64,000 nt of DNA from Azolla caroliniana. Taxonomy: Eukaryota; Plantae; Polypodiophyta. Position 1 is the stretch's first letter. Every line of letters begins with the position of its first letter. This document shows positions 10,883-24,000 of this stretch, piece by piece. Below the pieces are notes generated by a model that worked only from the letters and a program-made list of their open reading frames with translations, did no database searches and had not been told where the DNA came from. Made by a program: the position numbers and the translations under genes. The stretch lies in assembly GCA_043228905.1 (NCBI GenBank), contig JBHGNT010000009.1, positions 10,292,001 through 10,356,000 on the forward strand. The letters are read 5' to 3'.

Positions 10883-12940
10883 CCAATCGGAAATCTATGT
10901 GGGCAATACGGCCGAAGACCGTCGCCAGTCAAGATTGTTGTGATTCAAGCTATGAAAGAAATATGCGAGTCACAATCCGAAGTTTGTATATTTCTTTGTG
11001 CATGTGCACTTTATCATATATGGATTCCGCACTATACACACATTGCGGACCCACTCTATCACTTGCTGCGGAAGGGTAAGAAGTTCGAATGGATGCCAGA
11101 ACATACCAAAGCCATGAAGAAGCTCAAGAAAACACTACGGAGGGTAGAAGCACTTATGAAGCCAAACTATGACCGACCAATCATAGTGACAATTGATACA
11201 AGTCCAACCGGGATCGGATGGGTCATCAACCAAGTCGACTCGGATGGTTCGCGATATCCGATCCGATTCGGAGCAAAAAATCTCAACGAAAGGCAACGCA
11301 GATATGCACAAGTTAAAAGAGAATTATGGGGAGCCGAGTCGCCGATAAAATCAGATCGAGACTATTTTATTGGAGCCGAAGTAGTGATCGAAACGAATTC
11401 TCTTCTGATACTCGAGATGATGCGGTGTTGTACGATACTGGATATGACTATACAAAGATAGATTGCATATGTAAAGTCGCTTAATCCGAAGGTGCGACAC
11501 ATATCCGAAAAAGACAACGCCGTAGCGGATATGCTATCAAGGGCACGGTTCGGAGATGACATAACCGAATTCGATAACGAAGAAGTTTCCGAAAACTACT
11601 TTACTTTAGAGCACATATGCCGGGTGAACGTAATCTGAGAATTTCGGTAAGCCGAATACGAGGGAAAAAGCCTGATGATCGGGAAGGTGCTTCAAGAAAT
11701 CAAGGAATCATCGGACAATATGGAAAAGAGAGCCAAGATTCAAAGTTAAAAGCGGCAAGTTCGGAAGTTCTTCTTGAACAATGGATTAATATGGAGGGAG
11801 CCGAAAAGGCCAGATGGTATACCATTGCGGGTAGTCAGAACAAAAGAGCAACGAGATCGAATAATATCCGAATTTTACAAATCTGATTGACCTAGACATC
11901 GGGGAACATGGGCAACATTTGCGAAGATCAAGCAAAAATATTGGTGGAAGAATATGTACAAAGATGTAGCGGAGTTCACGGGAAGCTACGAAAAATGCCA
12001 AATCTACCTCGGAGTTCGACACTGAGATGAATTACATCCGACCTTCTCACCAACAATCAACTTCAAATGGATGGTCGACATTGTGGCCATGCCAACCGAG
12101 ATCGGACATAAGAAGTACTTAGTATTAGCTCAGAAAGATCTGACGAACCAAGTAGAAGGTCGGGTGCTACGGAGGAAAACATGTTCTGCAGTATGCCAAT
12201 TTCTCTTGGAAGAAGTGTTGTGTAGGTACGGGTGCGTAGGACAAGTGATTGTGGATCAGGGAGAACTTGACTCTGATAAAGCTAGGGCATTCTTCGCCAA
12301 ACATGGAGTATGGTTAACACTAACCACGACATACAATCCGGAAGCCAACAGGAAGATCGAATGAGAACATAGTCCAATTGTTAAAGCACTTGTAAAAGCA
12401 TGCAACGGAAGGGTGAAGAATTGACCATAGATGCTTCCGTATGCACTATGGGCAGATCGCAGAACGCATAGTTCCGTGACCGGTTATATGCCAACAGAAC
12501 TTACGACCGGCCAAGCACCGGTAATGCCGACGGAAATGGCAATTGCGACATGGATAGTGTTGCCGTGGAAGGAAGAGATGAGACAGGAAGAATTACTAGT
12601 GGTTCGGATACGACAACTAGAGAGAAGACCCGAAGACATTGCGGAAGCAATACGCAAACAACAAGAAGCGTGGTTCTAGAACAAAAGTTGATTCGACACA
12701 AAGCACCGTCTACGACCACAGAAGATTGAAGAAGGAGATTAGGGGATAGTCTATGACAGTAGTTTGGATCATCAACACACAACGATTCGGAAATTCGCTA
12801 AAAGGTGGTTTGGACCATATGAAGTTCGGAAAGTTTTCGACAACGGAACCTACCAATTATGTGAGTTGGACGGGGCAATAATACAGGTAGTTGTAGCGGG
12901 GAAATGAGTGAAGATTTTCAAGAAGCGAAGTAACGCCGAA
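10883..12940 (+). pseudogene. End of RT, RNase H and integrase of host gypsy element
   Basis: ORFs 10940-11461, 12071-12364 and 12431-12679 with RH/IN motifs; many stops. Confidence 0.85.
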
Positions 12941-13137
12941 CCCTATGTTAGTTTTGAGAACACCGATACAAAGGAGCAATCAGACAAGAGTTACGAAGGT
13001 TCAAAAAGCAAAGAAAGTGGGCTAGAATTAATCATTGACATAGGGGAAGAGACTGAGGATACTACGAATGAAGGAGAATAACAAGTACCGGAAACTTCGG
13101 CACATACCAAAGGATGTGCGGGTTCGGAGGGGGCGAG

Positions 13138-13800
13138 TGTCATAGTGTATTTCGTACACTACGTGAAAAACGTATAAAGTACCCGATTTAATAAATATGA
13201 AGAAAACAAAGAAAATATGTTTACATGCACAAGGCAAGATTCAAACCTTGTACCTCCATGTTTATAATGTAAAGCCTTACCATTACACTAGCATATCATA
13301 AGTGTTAAAAAGTAGATATCCCACATAGAAACGTTATTTCACGAATATTTTCTAGATAAAAAAGCTATAGTTAGATAAAAAAACGCATGATTACTTTTAG
13401 AAAAAGCATGTTAGATAAAGCATATAGTCTATCGACAGAAAAAGCATGGAGTCTATAGTTAGCGAAAAAGCATGGATTGTAAAGACTCTCTCATCACTAT
13501 CTAAGGAAGAGAGAAAGATGTATATGGGGTGTAGATTTTTTTTGAAGGTTTGATTAATATATTATATTCGTGGGGATTTCACGATTTTTCCGTCTATTTC
13601 TCTCTTGCGATCTAAATTCATATTCTTTCCTAAAACATTAATTAATACACTATAATCGTGAGATTCATGAGTTTCATATCTTCCTTTCTTATAACCTATT
13701 CATAACTAGACTTATCTCGTATTCTTCCTCTCCTAGTTCAAAACCCCAAGGGTTCCCACCCGACTCACGCAAACGATTCGGCGCTGAAAGGCACGACACA
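13138..13800 (+). repeat. 3' LTR of host gypsy element
   Basis: TG...CA termini, PPT upstream, 3' end matches 871-972. Confidence 0.85.
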
Positions 13801-13916
13801 AGTGGTGAATCCGACGTCAAGGTGAACAACACTAGTTACAGATTCTATAAGTTGAGTTCTTGTTCTTTTCCTCTCTCATGTTTTCTAGTCTTGTCTTCGC
13901 TCTACTCTATTATACT

Positions 13917-14330
13917 TGTCCATGACATACCTTGGTATTCAGTGTGAGCACTAGAGGTGCTCCACGGTTGGCTTCTGCATGAATTGACTGATTGCTCTGA
14001 CCGGACAACTAATGTCGGGTCGGGTGATCGTTAAATAAATAAGGCTTCCAACAATTTGTCAGAACCGTTTCTCATCGCAAGTTAGTCCGGAGTCGGGATG
14101 AAGCTTTAGGTTCTGGTCCAAGGGTGTGAACACTAGTCGGCAATTGGTCATGTCAAACTTGAACAACATATTCAACACGTAATGTCTTTGGGACAACAAT
14201 ATGTTGTCGAGGGTATGGATCGCTTCAATCCCGAGGAAGTAATGATGGTCCCCCGATTCCTTCATTTCGAATGCATCCGACAATTGAGAATTCACGTGGC
14301 CGATTTCAGCGAGGCGTAGAGCACAACACA
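13917..14330 (-). mobile_element. Ty1/copia RT fragment
   Basis: FEMKESGDHHYFLGIE...LSQRHYV, homologous to 18750-19130. Confidence 0.8.
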
Positions 14331-14360
14331 CGTGGATGGGCTAGATCGAGCTACCAAACC

Positions 14361-14463
14361 TCTCTAATACCATGAAAAGAATTGATGGTGATTCTTGTGC
14401 AACAGAATAGGTTAGAGATGTCTGTTATGCGTGTGTGTGTGTGTGTGTGGTGTGTGTGTGTGT

Positions 14464-14557
<94 letters not shown>

Positions 14558-14780
14558 GAGAGGAGAGAAACACAAGATAGATATAATGGAAATACTCAAG
14601 AAGATTGTATATTACAAAGGAGATCAACTGACCTATTACAACGTAGGAGGAGAGTGCTTTATATAGTCACTCTCTCTCTTCATTAACTATCGAAGCTCAT
14701 GAGTCATGGGGAATGTGGAAACTCATTAGTTATGTGTCATAGAATATGATTATGTGGCAAACTCATTAGTTATCTGGCAA
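14361..14780 (-). mobile_element. LTR fragment with Met-type PBS and (GT)n expansion
   Basis: Reverse-complement homolog of solo LTR 35454-35850. TGGTATTAGAGA abuts the LTR end at 14373. Long (GT)n(GA)n tract at 14430-14556. Confidence 0.65.
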
Positions 14781-15110
14781 ACTTTAGTAAAGTGTAGTTG
14801 ATCATTATTGTAAAGTTAGAACGGGGTGGTTGCCTTTGTAACCGTGAGTGAGAGTGTAACTTTGTAGCCGTCTGTCAGACGAAGGAGAACTCGGGGTCAT
14901 TGCCTTCGAGTTCCGTATTTGTACTTCCTCTCTACTATAGTGATCTGTTTTCTCGGGGTTTGGGGACCCTCGTGGTTTTTCTCCTTTCAGATTTTCCACA
15001 TAAAATATCTGTGTCTCTGTGTCTTTACGTTTTACTATCTGTGTACTAGTTATTGGCTTCTGCACACGAAGATGAACGTGTAACCGGTTGTGGCTGGTCG
15101 ATGTCTAACA
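14781..15110 (+). mobile_element. 3' portion of an LTR (family of 47909-48408)
   Basis: Colinear with 48080-48408; ends in CTAACA. Confidence 0.7.
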
Positions 15111-18100
15111 TACCGACCCTACTGGTTTTGTTTCTGACATGTTAAATCTTTCAAGAACTTTTGTAACATACTTCTCTTGTGACAACCATAACGCATTCTT
15201 AGTTTCGTCTAGAACTATGTGCATCCTCAAGATTTGTTAGACTGGTCCAAGATCTTTCATGGAAAACGACTTACCTAGTGCTTTCTCAAGCTCACAATCT
15301 TCTTAGTGTCTTGTCCGACCACTAACATGTCATCCACATATAGCATGAGAATCAAGAAGGCGCCTTCATTATACCTTTTGACAAACACACAGTGATAAAC
15401 TTGTGTTTTATGGAATCCATGTTCCAACATGAAGGATTCAAACTTCTTGTACCATTGGCATGGAGCTTGCTTTAGACCATACAAGCTTTTCTTCAGTCGA
15501 CACACTAGATTCGCTTTTCTTTTCTGTTGAGTGAGCAAGCTCAATCGGATCCGGATCGGCTGAATAAGCCAGAGCCGGATCGGTGTCCGAAACGGAGAGC
15601 TGTATCGGATTGAAACCGGTAGGCTGTTAGAGGCCTACGGATCCAACCTAGTACGTAGGCATAGTTTTTGGGAGTCAATACTTATTAGTTCTTTATGCAC
15701 TTGTATAAAAGTGCTTTTTGAGCACATTTTATGTACATAGAGGATTATTATTATTTAATTGAGTGTGTGTGCTGATGTCTCTATCTCTCTCGTGTATTCT
15801 TTGTGTAAGGTCTCCATTAAACCTTCTTCTCTACGTTCTCTTGGTATCCGACTGAGCCGGTTCGTTATACACTTTTGTATATTAACTTTCACATGGTATC
15901 AGAGCGCGAGGGTTGAGACTCCTCTGCAGTGGACATACGCTTTCAAAGACAAACCCTAACACCCAGTGAAGAACAGAAGAGAACCAAGATGGACAGAGGT
16001 ATGGCAAGTTTGCTTCCCACAAAAAGGTCGACCGGAGCAACTATGCATCCTGGTCATATAAAATGCACCAGTACCTACTAGGGCATGGTTACTGGAGTTA
16101 TGTGGAAGGAACGAACAATGTAGCGCCAGAGCTGACACACAAGGACTTCCCGACATGGGAATAAGGAGCGAGCAGAGTGTTGTACTACCTTGCATCCTGT
16201 GTGCACGATCAGATGCTCGACTACATCAAGGATGCAAAAACGCCAAAGTAAGCTTGGGAAAATCTTCGGAAGATTTTCGCCACAAGTACCAAAGCCCGTA
16301 AGTTGCAGCTCCGACAAGAGCTAAACAACATCTGGTAGAGAGATATGTCGGTTACAGAGTACACCACCAAAATAAAGGAGATTTGTGACGCGCTTGGGTC
16401 CATCAATGTGGCGGTGGATGAAGACAAAATAGTACAAATCTGCCTTGGTGGTCTAGCACAACGATACGGGCCAGTCCGGAAGGAGATCTGCACTAGGGAG
16501 AAGCCACTGTCCTTCTTCGACCTGCAATCGATGCTGATGGTCTAAGAAAACCACGCAAGTGGGTCGAGGACCACTCAACCAAACAACCAGATGTTGCACA
16601 TGGAGGAGAGCGGCCCCGTGGGCGTGTAGGATGAGGTGGGTCGGCACGCAGTGGAAGTGGCTAGCAAGAGCAAAATTGAAGGCATGGAAACAGTGCCGAA
16701 AGTAGTTCTGGACCCTCCACAAGCAAGAGGAGTCAAAACAGCGCTGAAAATCGGTAAGGGAAGGCCGACACAGAATGCTAGTATTGTGGCAAGAAGGTCA
16801 CAGAGAAAGCGAGTGCTGGAAGAAGCGCGTTGATTCAGACAAATACAAATCTGGCAAGGCCGGATAGGGAAACCGACAAAGCTCACACTATACGCAGAAG
16901 GATCAGAAGAATCCGGATTCGGGAAAACCGGAAAGGGTCCAACCTTTGTGATGAAGCACAAGGCTAACTCGATGAAGAAGACTACTTCCAAAGCGGAGGA
17001 AATATGGTATGTTGATTCCAGAGCCTCAAACCACATGATGACCCACGAAGAGTGGTTCTCGATTTTGGAGAATCCGGAACAACCGGGAATCGTCGAAACC
17101 GGAGATGACACCCCTCACCCGATTGTGCATGTCAGAGAAGTCCCCTTAAGCTATGTTGGACAAAAGGGAAAGCTGATGAACGTACTACATGTTTCGACAA
17201 TCACAAAGAAATTGGTGTCGGTCGAACAAATGGTCAACCAGGGAATGCAGATGTGATTTACACACCTCAAGTGCTTCATCGAGGAAGAAGGCCGGATAAT
17301 TGCGCAAGGGCGCAAAGACGTAAGGATGTTCATCCTCGACACCAACGACGTCGACACCACCTTGTTTGCCAAAGGACAAAAGACCGAATCAGATATCAAT
17401 CTCTGGCACAAGCAGATTGGCCACCGGAGGCTTCGAGACTTGCAATCGAAATAGGTTGTTCTCGGATTGCCGAAATTCAGTGGCTGGAAGGCACAAATAT
17501 GTGAAGCCTGCCAACTCGAAAAGCAACACCGGCTTCCATTCCCCACCAAACAAAACCGGAGCCGTAACAAGCTCGACTTAATCCATTCGGATGTATGGGG
17601 ACCATAGAACGTTAGGCTTGGCGGGAGTCGGTATTTCGTCTCCTTCATCGACGACTACAGCCCGCCAGCACACATGGATCTACCTCATTGAGAGGAAAAG
17701 TGAAGTCTTCAACTCTTTCCGAAATCTACAAAGCCTAGTTGAGAGGGAAACATAATACTTTTCCGGCTAGATGCATGGCGGAAAAGAATACTTTTCCAGC
17801 CAGTTCAACAATTATCTGCAGCAAAAAGGAATTCGGAGAGAATTCAGCCACCGATACACACCGGAAAAAAAACGGTGTGGCCGAGAGAAAGAACCAGTTA
17901 ATTGTTGACATGGCAAGGGAAATGCTGGAGGAGAAGAGCATGCCCAAAATCTACTAGGCTGAGGCGGTCTGGACGGCCATCTACATCCAAAACTGGATTA
18001 GAGACAAGGTGTCAGCACATGAGTTGTATTTCGGGCGGAAGCCGAATTTGAGACACCATCGGATATTCGGTAGCATAACATATGTGCATGTACCGGATGA

Positions 18101-20982
18101 GAAGCGAAGGAAGCTGGATCTGAAGTTGGAAAAGCGCATACTCGTCGGCTACTCGCATGAATAAAAGGGGTATAAGTGTTATAACCCCCAGAGTAAATAG
18201 GCCCAAGTAAGTCGAGATGTCAAGTTTGATGAGTCGGCATCATGGTACTCTCTATCGACTCCAACTCCTGATGAAGACCCGATTCCGGAGGATGAGGCTA
18301 GTGACCCTGGAGAGGTTCATGTAGAAGATGAAGAATTCGATACTCTAGATGAGAGTCTGATCTCATTCTGGCTAAGTGGGATGAATGAGCAGCTGGGTTG
18401 GAGTGACCTTGAAGAATGGACATGAAGAATGCATTTCTTCAAGGTGACCTTGAAGAATGGGTCTATATGATCCAACCCCCTGGTTTTCAATCGGAGTTGA
18501 ACAGGTCGGCGGTGTGCTAACTCAAAAAGTCACTTTATGGTCTGAAGCAAGCCCCTCGAGCTTGGAATGCGAAAATCATGCACCGGTTGCATAAGATGGG
18601 GTTTGTGGCATCAAAGTCTGACTCTTCGTTGTTCATCCGGAAAGGTCCGGAAAGGTCCGGACGGTCTGGTTTGTATCCTACTGTATGTAGATGATCTAGT
18701 GATCACCGGACCCAGACTCAACGAAATCAATCGCATAATGTCCCAGTTGTCAGACGCATTTGAAATGAAGGACCTAGAGGACCTTCATTATTTTCTTGGG
18801 ATCGAGGTGATTCGAACCCCCGGCGGCATATTGCTCTCACAACGCCATTATGTGTTGAATATGTTGTACAAGTTCGGCATGACGGAATGCCGACCGATCT
18901 CCACACCCTTGGACTGGAACCTGAAACTACATCCCGACTCTGAACCGACCTGCAATGAGAAACGGTTCCGACAAATTGTCAAAAGGCTTATCTACTTGAC
19001 AATCACTCAACTCGACATCAGTTATCCGGTCAGAGTGATCAACCAGTTTATGCTAAAGCCGATCGTGGAGCACCTTCAATGCGCACATCGACTATTGCGA
19101 TATGTGAGTGGCACGAAGGACTGGGGACTGTTATATCGACATGGTATAGTCGGGAAACTAGTCGGATATATCGATGCCGACTCGGTTGGTGATGCATCGG
19201 ATCGCCGATCCACCTCCAGTTATATGTTCTCCCTTGGTAGTGCGGTTGTTGCGTGGAGCAACAAAAAGTAGCCAACAATGGCTCTATCGAACACTAAGGC
19301 TGAATATCGGGGCACTACCATTGCCACATGTGAAGCCATCTGGCTTCGACAACTGTTGCAATACCTCCAGAACGAGATGTCGACCCCGATCCTAATTTAT
19401 TGTGACAACGTAAGCAACATACAGCTTGCCAAGAACCTTGTATTGCTCGAACAAAGCACATAGAAGTGCATTATCACTTTGTCCGTGAGTAGGTCCTGAG
19501 TGGTGAAGTTGAACTTCGGTATGTTCACACGGATCGACAGGTCATTGACATCTTCACCAAGCCGCTCGAATCGGACAAGTTGCACTTTTCAGAGATGTTC
19601 AGCATTCAGCATCTCGACGTGCCGCACTTGAGGGGGAGAACGGGAATAGAAACGGGTAATGGCACCGGACAAGGAGCCAGAGAGGAAGAAAGAACAAAGG
19701 GGGGAGATAAGCAGAAAAAGGAATCCGAGCCCGAACAAGTCAGAGCAAGCGGCAACGACGACACTCAAGAAGGAGAGAGTCGACTGGAAGAAGGCCACAA
19801 CCTGGATGTGGTTCGATGTGGTGAAGGGCCTGAAAATGGAAGACGAGTTGGAGACTACCAACTCGGACAAGAGCCAGAACGAATCAGAGGCAACCGATTC
19901 TGACAAGAGCTGGAACGAATCGGTGGAAGCCGATTCGGTTCAACAGTTTGATTCGGAGGAGCCGAATCAGCTAAAGGCCAAGCAGACGAGAAGGCACCGG
20001 AAGTCGACACCGACACGGAGTAATCGATGGGTCAACAAGCACTGAAGTCATAGTAGCGAAGGAGTTGAGATGGGCCTGCCAAGCAGACATGTCAACCAAG
20101 AAGGTCGAGGAGCGCAGAACTGGACAAGTTGTGGAAGGAAGAACCAGACCAGACAAAAAGCGTGAGTGAGGCGAGAGGACGCCAGAAGGAGTCTGATGAA
20201 AGAACCGTCTACAACAGAAACTGACACCACGATCAGACCTCAAGTTGAGCTTGAGGGTGAGTGTTGAGCGAGCAAGCTCAATCGGATCCGGATCGGTATC
20301 CAAATCGGATTGAAACCGGTAGGTGTTAGAGGCGTGAGTGAGGCGGGAGGACGCCAGAAGGAGTCTGATGAATGAACCACCTACAACAGAAATTGACACC
20401 ACAATCAGACCTCAAGTTGAGCTTGAGGGTGAGTGTTGAGCGAGCAAGCTCAACCGGATCCGGATCGGTATCCGGATCGGATTGAAACCGGTAGGCGTTA
20501 GAGGCCTATGGATTTAGCCTAGTACGTAGGCATATTTTTTGGGAGTCAGGGATAGTCACTCGTATGAGGATTGAAGTACCTATCAGTACTTTTGTCAGTT
20601 CTTTATGGACTTGTATAAAAATGCTCTCTGAGCACATTCTATGTACACAGAGGATTATTATTTTTGAATTGAGGGTGTGTTCTGCTCTCTCTGTCTCTCC
20701 TGTGTATTCTCTATGTAAGGTCTCCATTAAACCTTCTTCTCTACGTTTTGTTGGTATTCGGCTGAGCCGGTTTGTCATACGCTTCCGCATATTAACTTTC
20801 ACATTTTCTCCACAAAACCTTTGGGCTTCTGCATATAGATCTCTTCATCTAATTCCCCATGCAAGATTGTTGTTTTGATATTCAATTTCTCTATTTCCAT
20901 ATTCATACTGGTAGCAATACCTAACACTGTTCAAATGGATGTTACCTTTACGACTGGTGCAAAAATCTCATCAAAATCAACC
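15111..20982 (-). mobile_element. Old Ty1/copia RT fragment split by the 15525-20803 insertion
   Basis: On the minus strand, GVDFDEIFAPVVK...DEEIYMQKPKGFVEK (20982-20804) joins [20 protein letters not shown]...YVDDML (15524-15300) once the insert and one TSD are removed. Confidence 0.85.
15525..20803 (+). mobile_element. Ty1/copia LTR retrotransposon with both LTRs, degenerate, TSD TTTTC
   Basis: 5' LTR 15525-15893, PBS TGGTATCAGAGC (tRNA-iMet), gag, PR (WYVDSRASNHM), IN, RT (YVDDL), RH, 3' LTR 20434-20803. TTTTC on both sides. Confidence 0.92.
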
Positions 20983-21049
20983 CTCTTCTTCTAATGAAAC
21001 CCTTTTACTACGATTCGAGCCTTGTATATAGGTGAGCTGCCATCTTCCC

Positions 21050-24000
21050 CATTTTTCCGCTTGAAGACCCAATTGTTTCTCAGGGCTCCATGTACCAAAG
21101 GGAGAGACGTTGATCGGTTGCGGGTGGGTGTATAAAGTCAAATACAACGCCGACGGCTCCATTAATTGGTACAAGGCCCGACTGGTGGCAAAGGGCTATG
21201 TGTAGCAGCAAGGCATCAACTATGATGAGACATTCGCGCCAGTTGCGAAGATGATAACCGTTCTTGTCTTGCTTGTTGTGGCACCGACAAAGGGGTGGTA
21301 TCTCCATCAGATGGACGTGAAAAACGTTTTCCAGCAAGGTGACCTTGAGTAACTAGTGTATATGATCCAGCCCCCCGGATTTTAGTTCGATATGAACACG
21401 TCAGTCGTTTGATGATTGAAGAAGTCCCTATATAAACTGAAGCAGGCCCCACGAGCATGGAATGCAAAAATCACGTAGAGACTATGTTGGATGGGATTTG
21501 CGTCGTCAAAATCGGACTCTTCACTCTTCATCCGGTAGGGTTAGAACGGGCCGGTGAGCAGTTTGCTCTATGTGGATGATCTTCTCATCGTCAGCGCCGA
21601 CCTGGAAGAAATTGACCGCGTCAAGTCCAAACATGCGACATCGTTCGGAATGAAGGATCTTGGTGACCTTCATTACTTCCTCGGGATTGAAGTGATCTGC
21701 ACCCTGGACAACATATCAATCAATCAACGCCATAATGTGTGATAGGGATACACGCTCCCGTTGAACAATGCTCGGCCACAACCGAGCGTAGAATCAAAAC
21801 ACAGAAAACGGGTAATGAACGCACGACACAGTGAAGAGAAGAGTACACAGGATGTTAGCATGGAAAACCCAAACTAGGGAAAAAACCACGGCAGCCCACA
21901 GACTGCAAGCTATCACTATATCACAATGTACAATAGTAAAGCACCGAGGCAACGACCTCGAGCTTGCTATCTTCGCCACAGGCAGCGGTTACAACAGAGG
22001 CAATGACCTCTTCCTCTCTCTCTCTCTCTGTACACAGTTACGCACTCAAATCTTGCACCAACAAGAATGACAACACACATATACACTAAGTTTTCCCTAA
22101 GTCATATTTATACTAATATGACTTTTTGGCTATTTACAAATATAGCCCCATTGGACTCTCAGAAAACATATTTACGAATATGTCCCTTCATCCGGTGAGC
22201 ACTCCTCACCGGGCCTGCATCATCCGGCTCTTGCTGGGCACTCGTCATCCGGATCTCATAGGGCCTTCCTTGCCGGGTACTCGTCATCCGGTTCTCACCG
22301 GGTCTTCCGTTGTCGGGTACTCCACATCCGGTTTCTTCGCACTTCCTATACGGAGGGACCTGTTTCCTAACAAATGTGTTGAGTATGCTCATCAACGTTG
22401 TTCTTCGCACTTCCTATACGGAGGGACCTGTTTCCTAACAAATGTGTTGAGTATGCTCTTCAAATTCAGTATGACGAAATGCAAGCCTATATCGACACCT
22501 CTAGACCGAAAGACATCGTTCGGAATGAAGGATCTTGGTGACCTTTATTACTTCCTCGGGATCGAAGTGATATGCACCGTGGAAAGCATATCGATCAGTC
22601 AACGCCATAATGTGTTGAGTATGCTCTTCAAATTCAGTATGATGAAATGCAAGCCTATCTCGACACCTCTAGACCGAAAGACATTGTTCGGAATGAAGGA
22701 TCTTGGTGACCTTCATTACTTCCTCGGGATCGAAGTGATCTGCACCCTTGAAAGCATATCGATCAGACAACGTCATATTGTGTTGAGTATGCTCTTCAAA
22801 TTCGGTATGACGAAATGCAAGCCTATCTCGACACCTCTAAATCGAAATGTTAAGCTTTGCCAAGGGTTAGAAGCAACATGCGACACGACACAATTCCGGA
22901 AAATTGTTTGGAGCCTTATTTATCTAACGATCACTCGATCAAACCTTAGTTATCCGGTCGGACTAATAAGTCAATTTATGTCGCACCGACCATCGAACAT
23001 TTGTAGTGCGCACATCGGATAATGTGATATGTCAGTGGTACTAAGGATCAGGCATTGTTGTATCGGGCCAGTATAGCCAGACAACTTGTTGGCTATACAG
23101 AAACCGATTGGGCCGGAAATGTCGGTGTTCGCAAGTCAACATCTGGATTCGCGTTTTCACTTAAAAGCGTCGCGGTCGTTTGGAGCAGCAAAAAGCAGCC
23201 GATTGTAGCACAGTCGAGGACCGAGGCCGAGTATAGAGGAGTGGCTATCGCGACATGTGAGGCCATTTGGCTCAAACGGTTATTGAAGGATCTACAAGAG
23301 GAGGTGTCCAGTCCAACAACGATCTACTGCGACAACCTCAGCATTATCCAAATGGCGAAGAACCCCATCTTCTATGCCCAAACAAAGCACATTGAGGTGC
23401 ATTACCATTTTGTCAAAGAATGAGTCCTCTCCGGTGAAGTCGAAATGGTGTATGTTTCGACGAATCGGCAAACTGCCGACATCTTCACCAAACCTCTCGG
23501 CCTAGACAAGATGCGGCAATATTCAGGCATGCTTGGTCTGCAGCACCGACTGAAGAAGTCAGAATGTTCAGATCGGCTGAAGAAGATGAGGACGGATGGA
23601 CATGTGCAGAAAGATTAGAAAAGTGGAGACTAGTCAAACGAAAGCCGGAACCGGAGCCAACTGAGCCAAGGGACGGAAAAGCTGAGAAGGGCAAGAGAGG
23701 CAGCAGAGTTCAAAAGGACAGAGCTGACCAAGCAAAGGCCAAGAACAATACATGGGCAAATTGGTCAAGGGCCTGAAGAAGGAAGAATCGGAGAAAGCCG
23801 ATTCGAATAAGAGCCAGAACGAATCGGAGATGCTCGATTTGGTCGAGAAACTTGATTCGGAAGAGCCGAATTAGTTGAAGGCCAAGCGGACAAGGAGGCA
23901 ACCAAAGCCGACATCGACATGGAGGAGCCAACGGGTCGAGGGGCACCAACACCACGACAACGACGAAGCTGACTTGGACCAAGGGAGCAGACGAGCCAAC

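Larger units (their letters stand above)
871..13800 (+). mobile_element. Degenerate Ty3/gypsy LTR retrotransposon (tRNA-Trp primed), RT largely deleted, host of the nested chromovirus composite
   Basis: 5' LTR remnant 871-972 matches 13699-13800. PBS at 975, gag, protease LIDHGSDINLM, RNase H (IDTSPTGIGW...ELWG), integrase (VDIVAMP...TTYNPEAN...WFGPY). PPT GGAGGGGGCGAG precedes the 3' LTR at 13138. Confidence 0.85.

Noticed and set aside
14351-14686. ORFs with poly-TH/poly-CV
   Set aside because: Translations of a (GT)n microsatellite inside an LTR.
22126-23022. 298-aa ORF as a novel repeat protein
   Set aside because: Chance fusion of solo-LTR sequence with triplicated copia RT.
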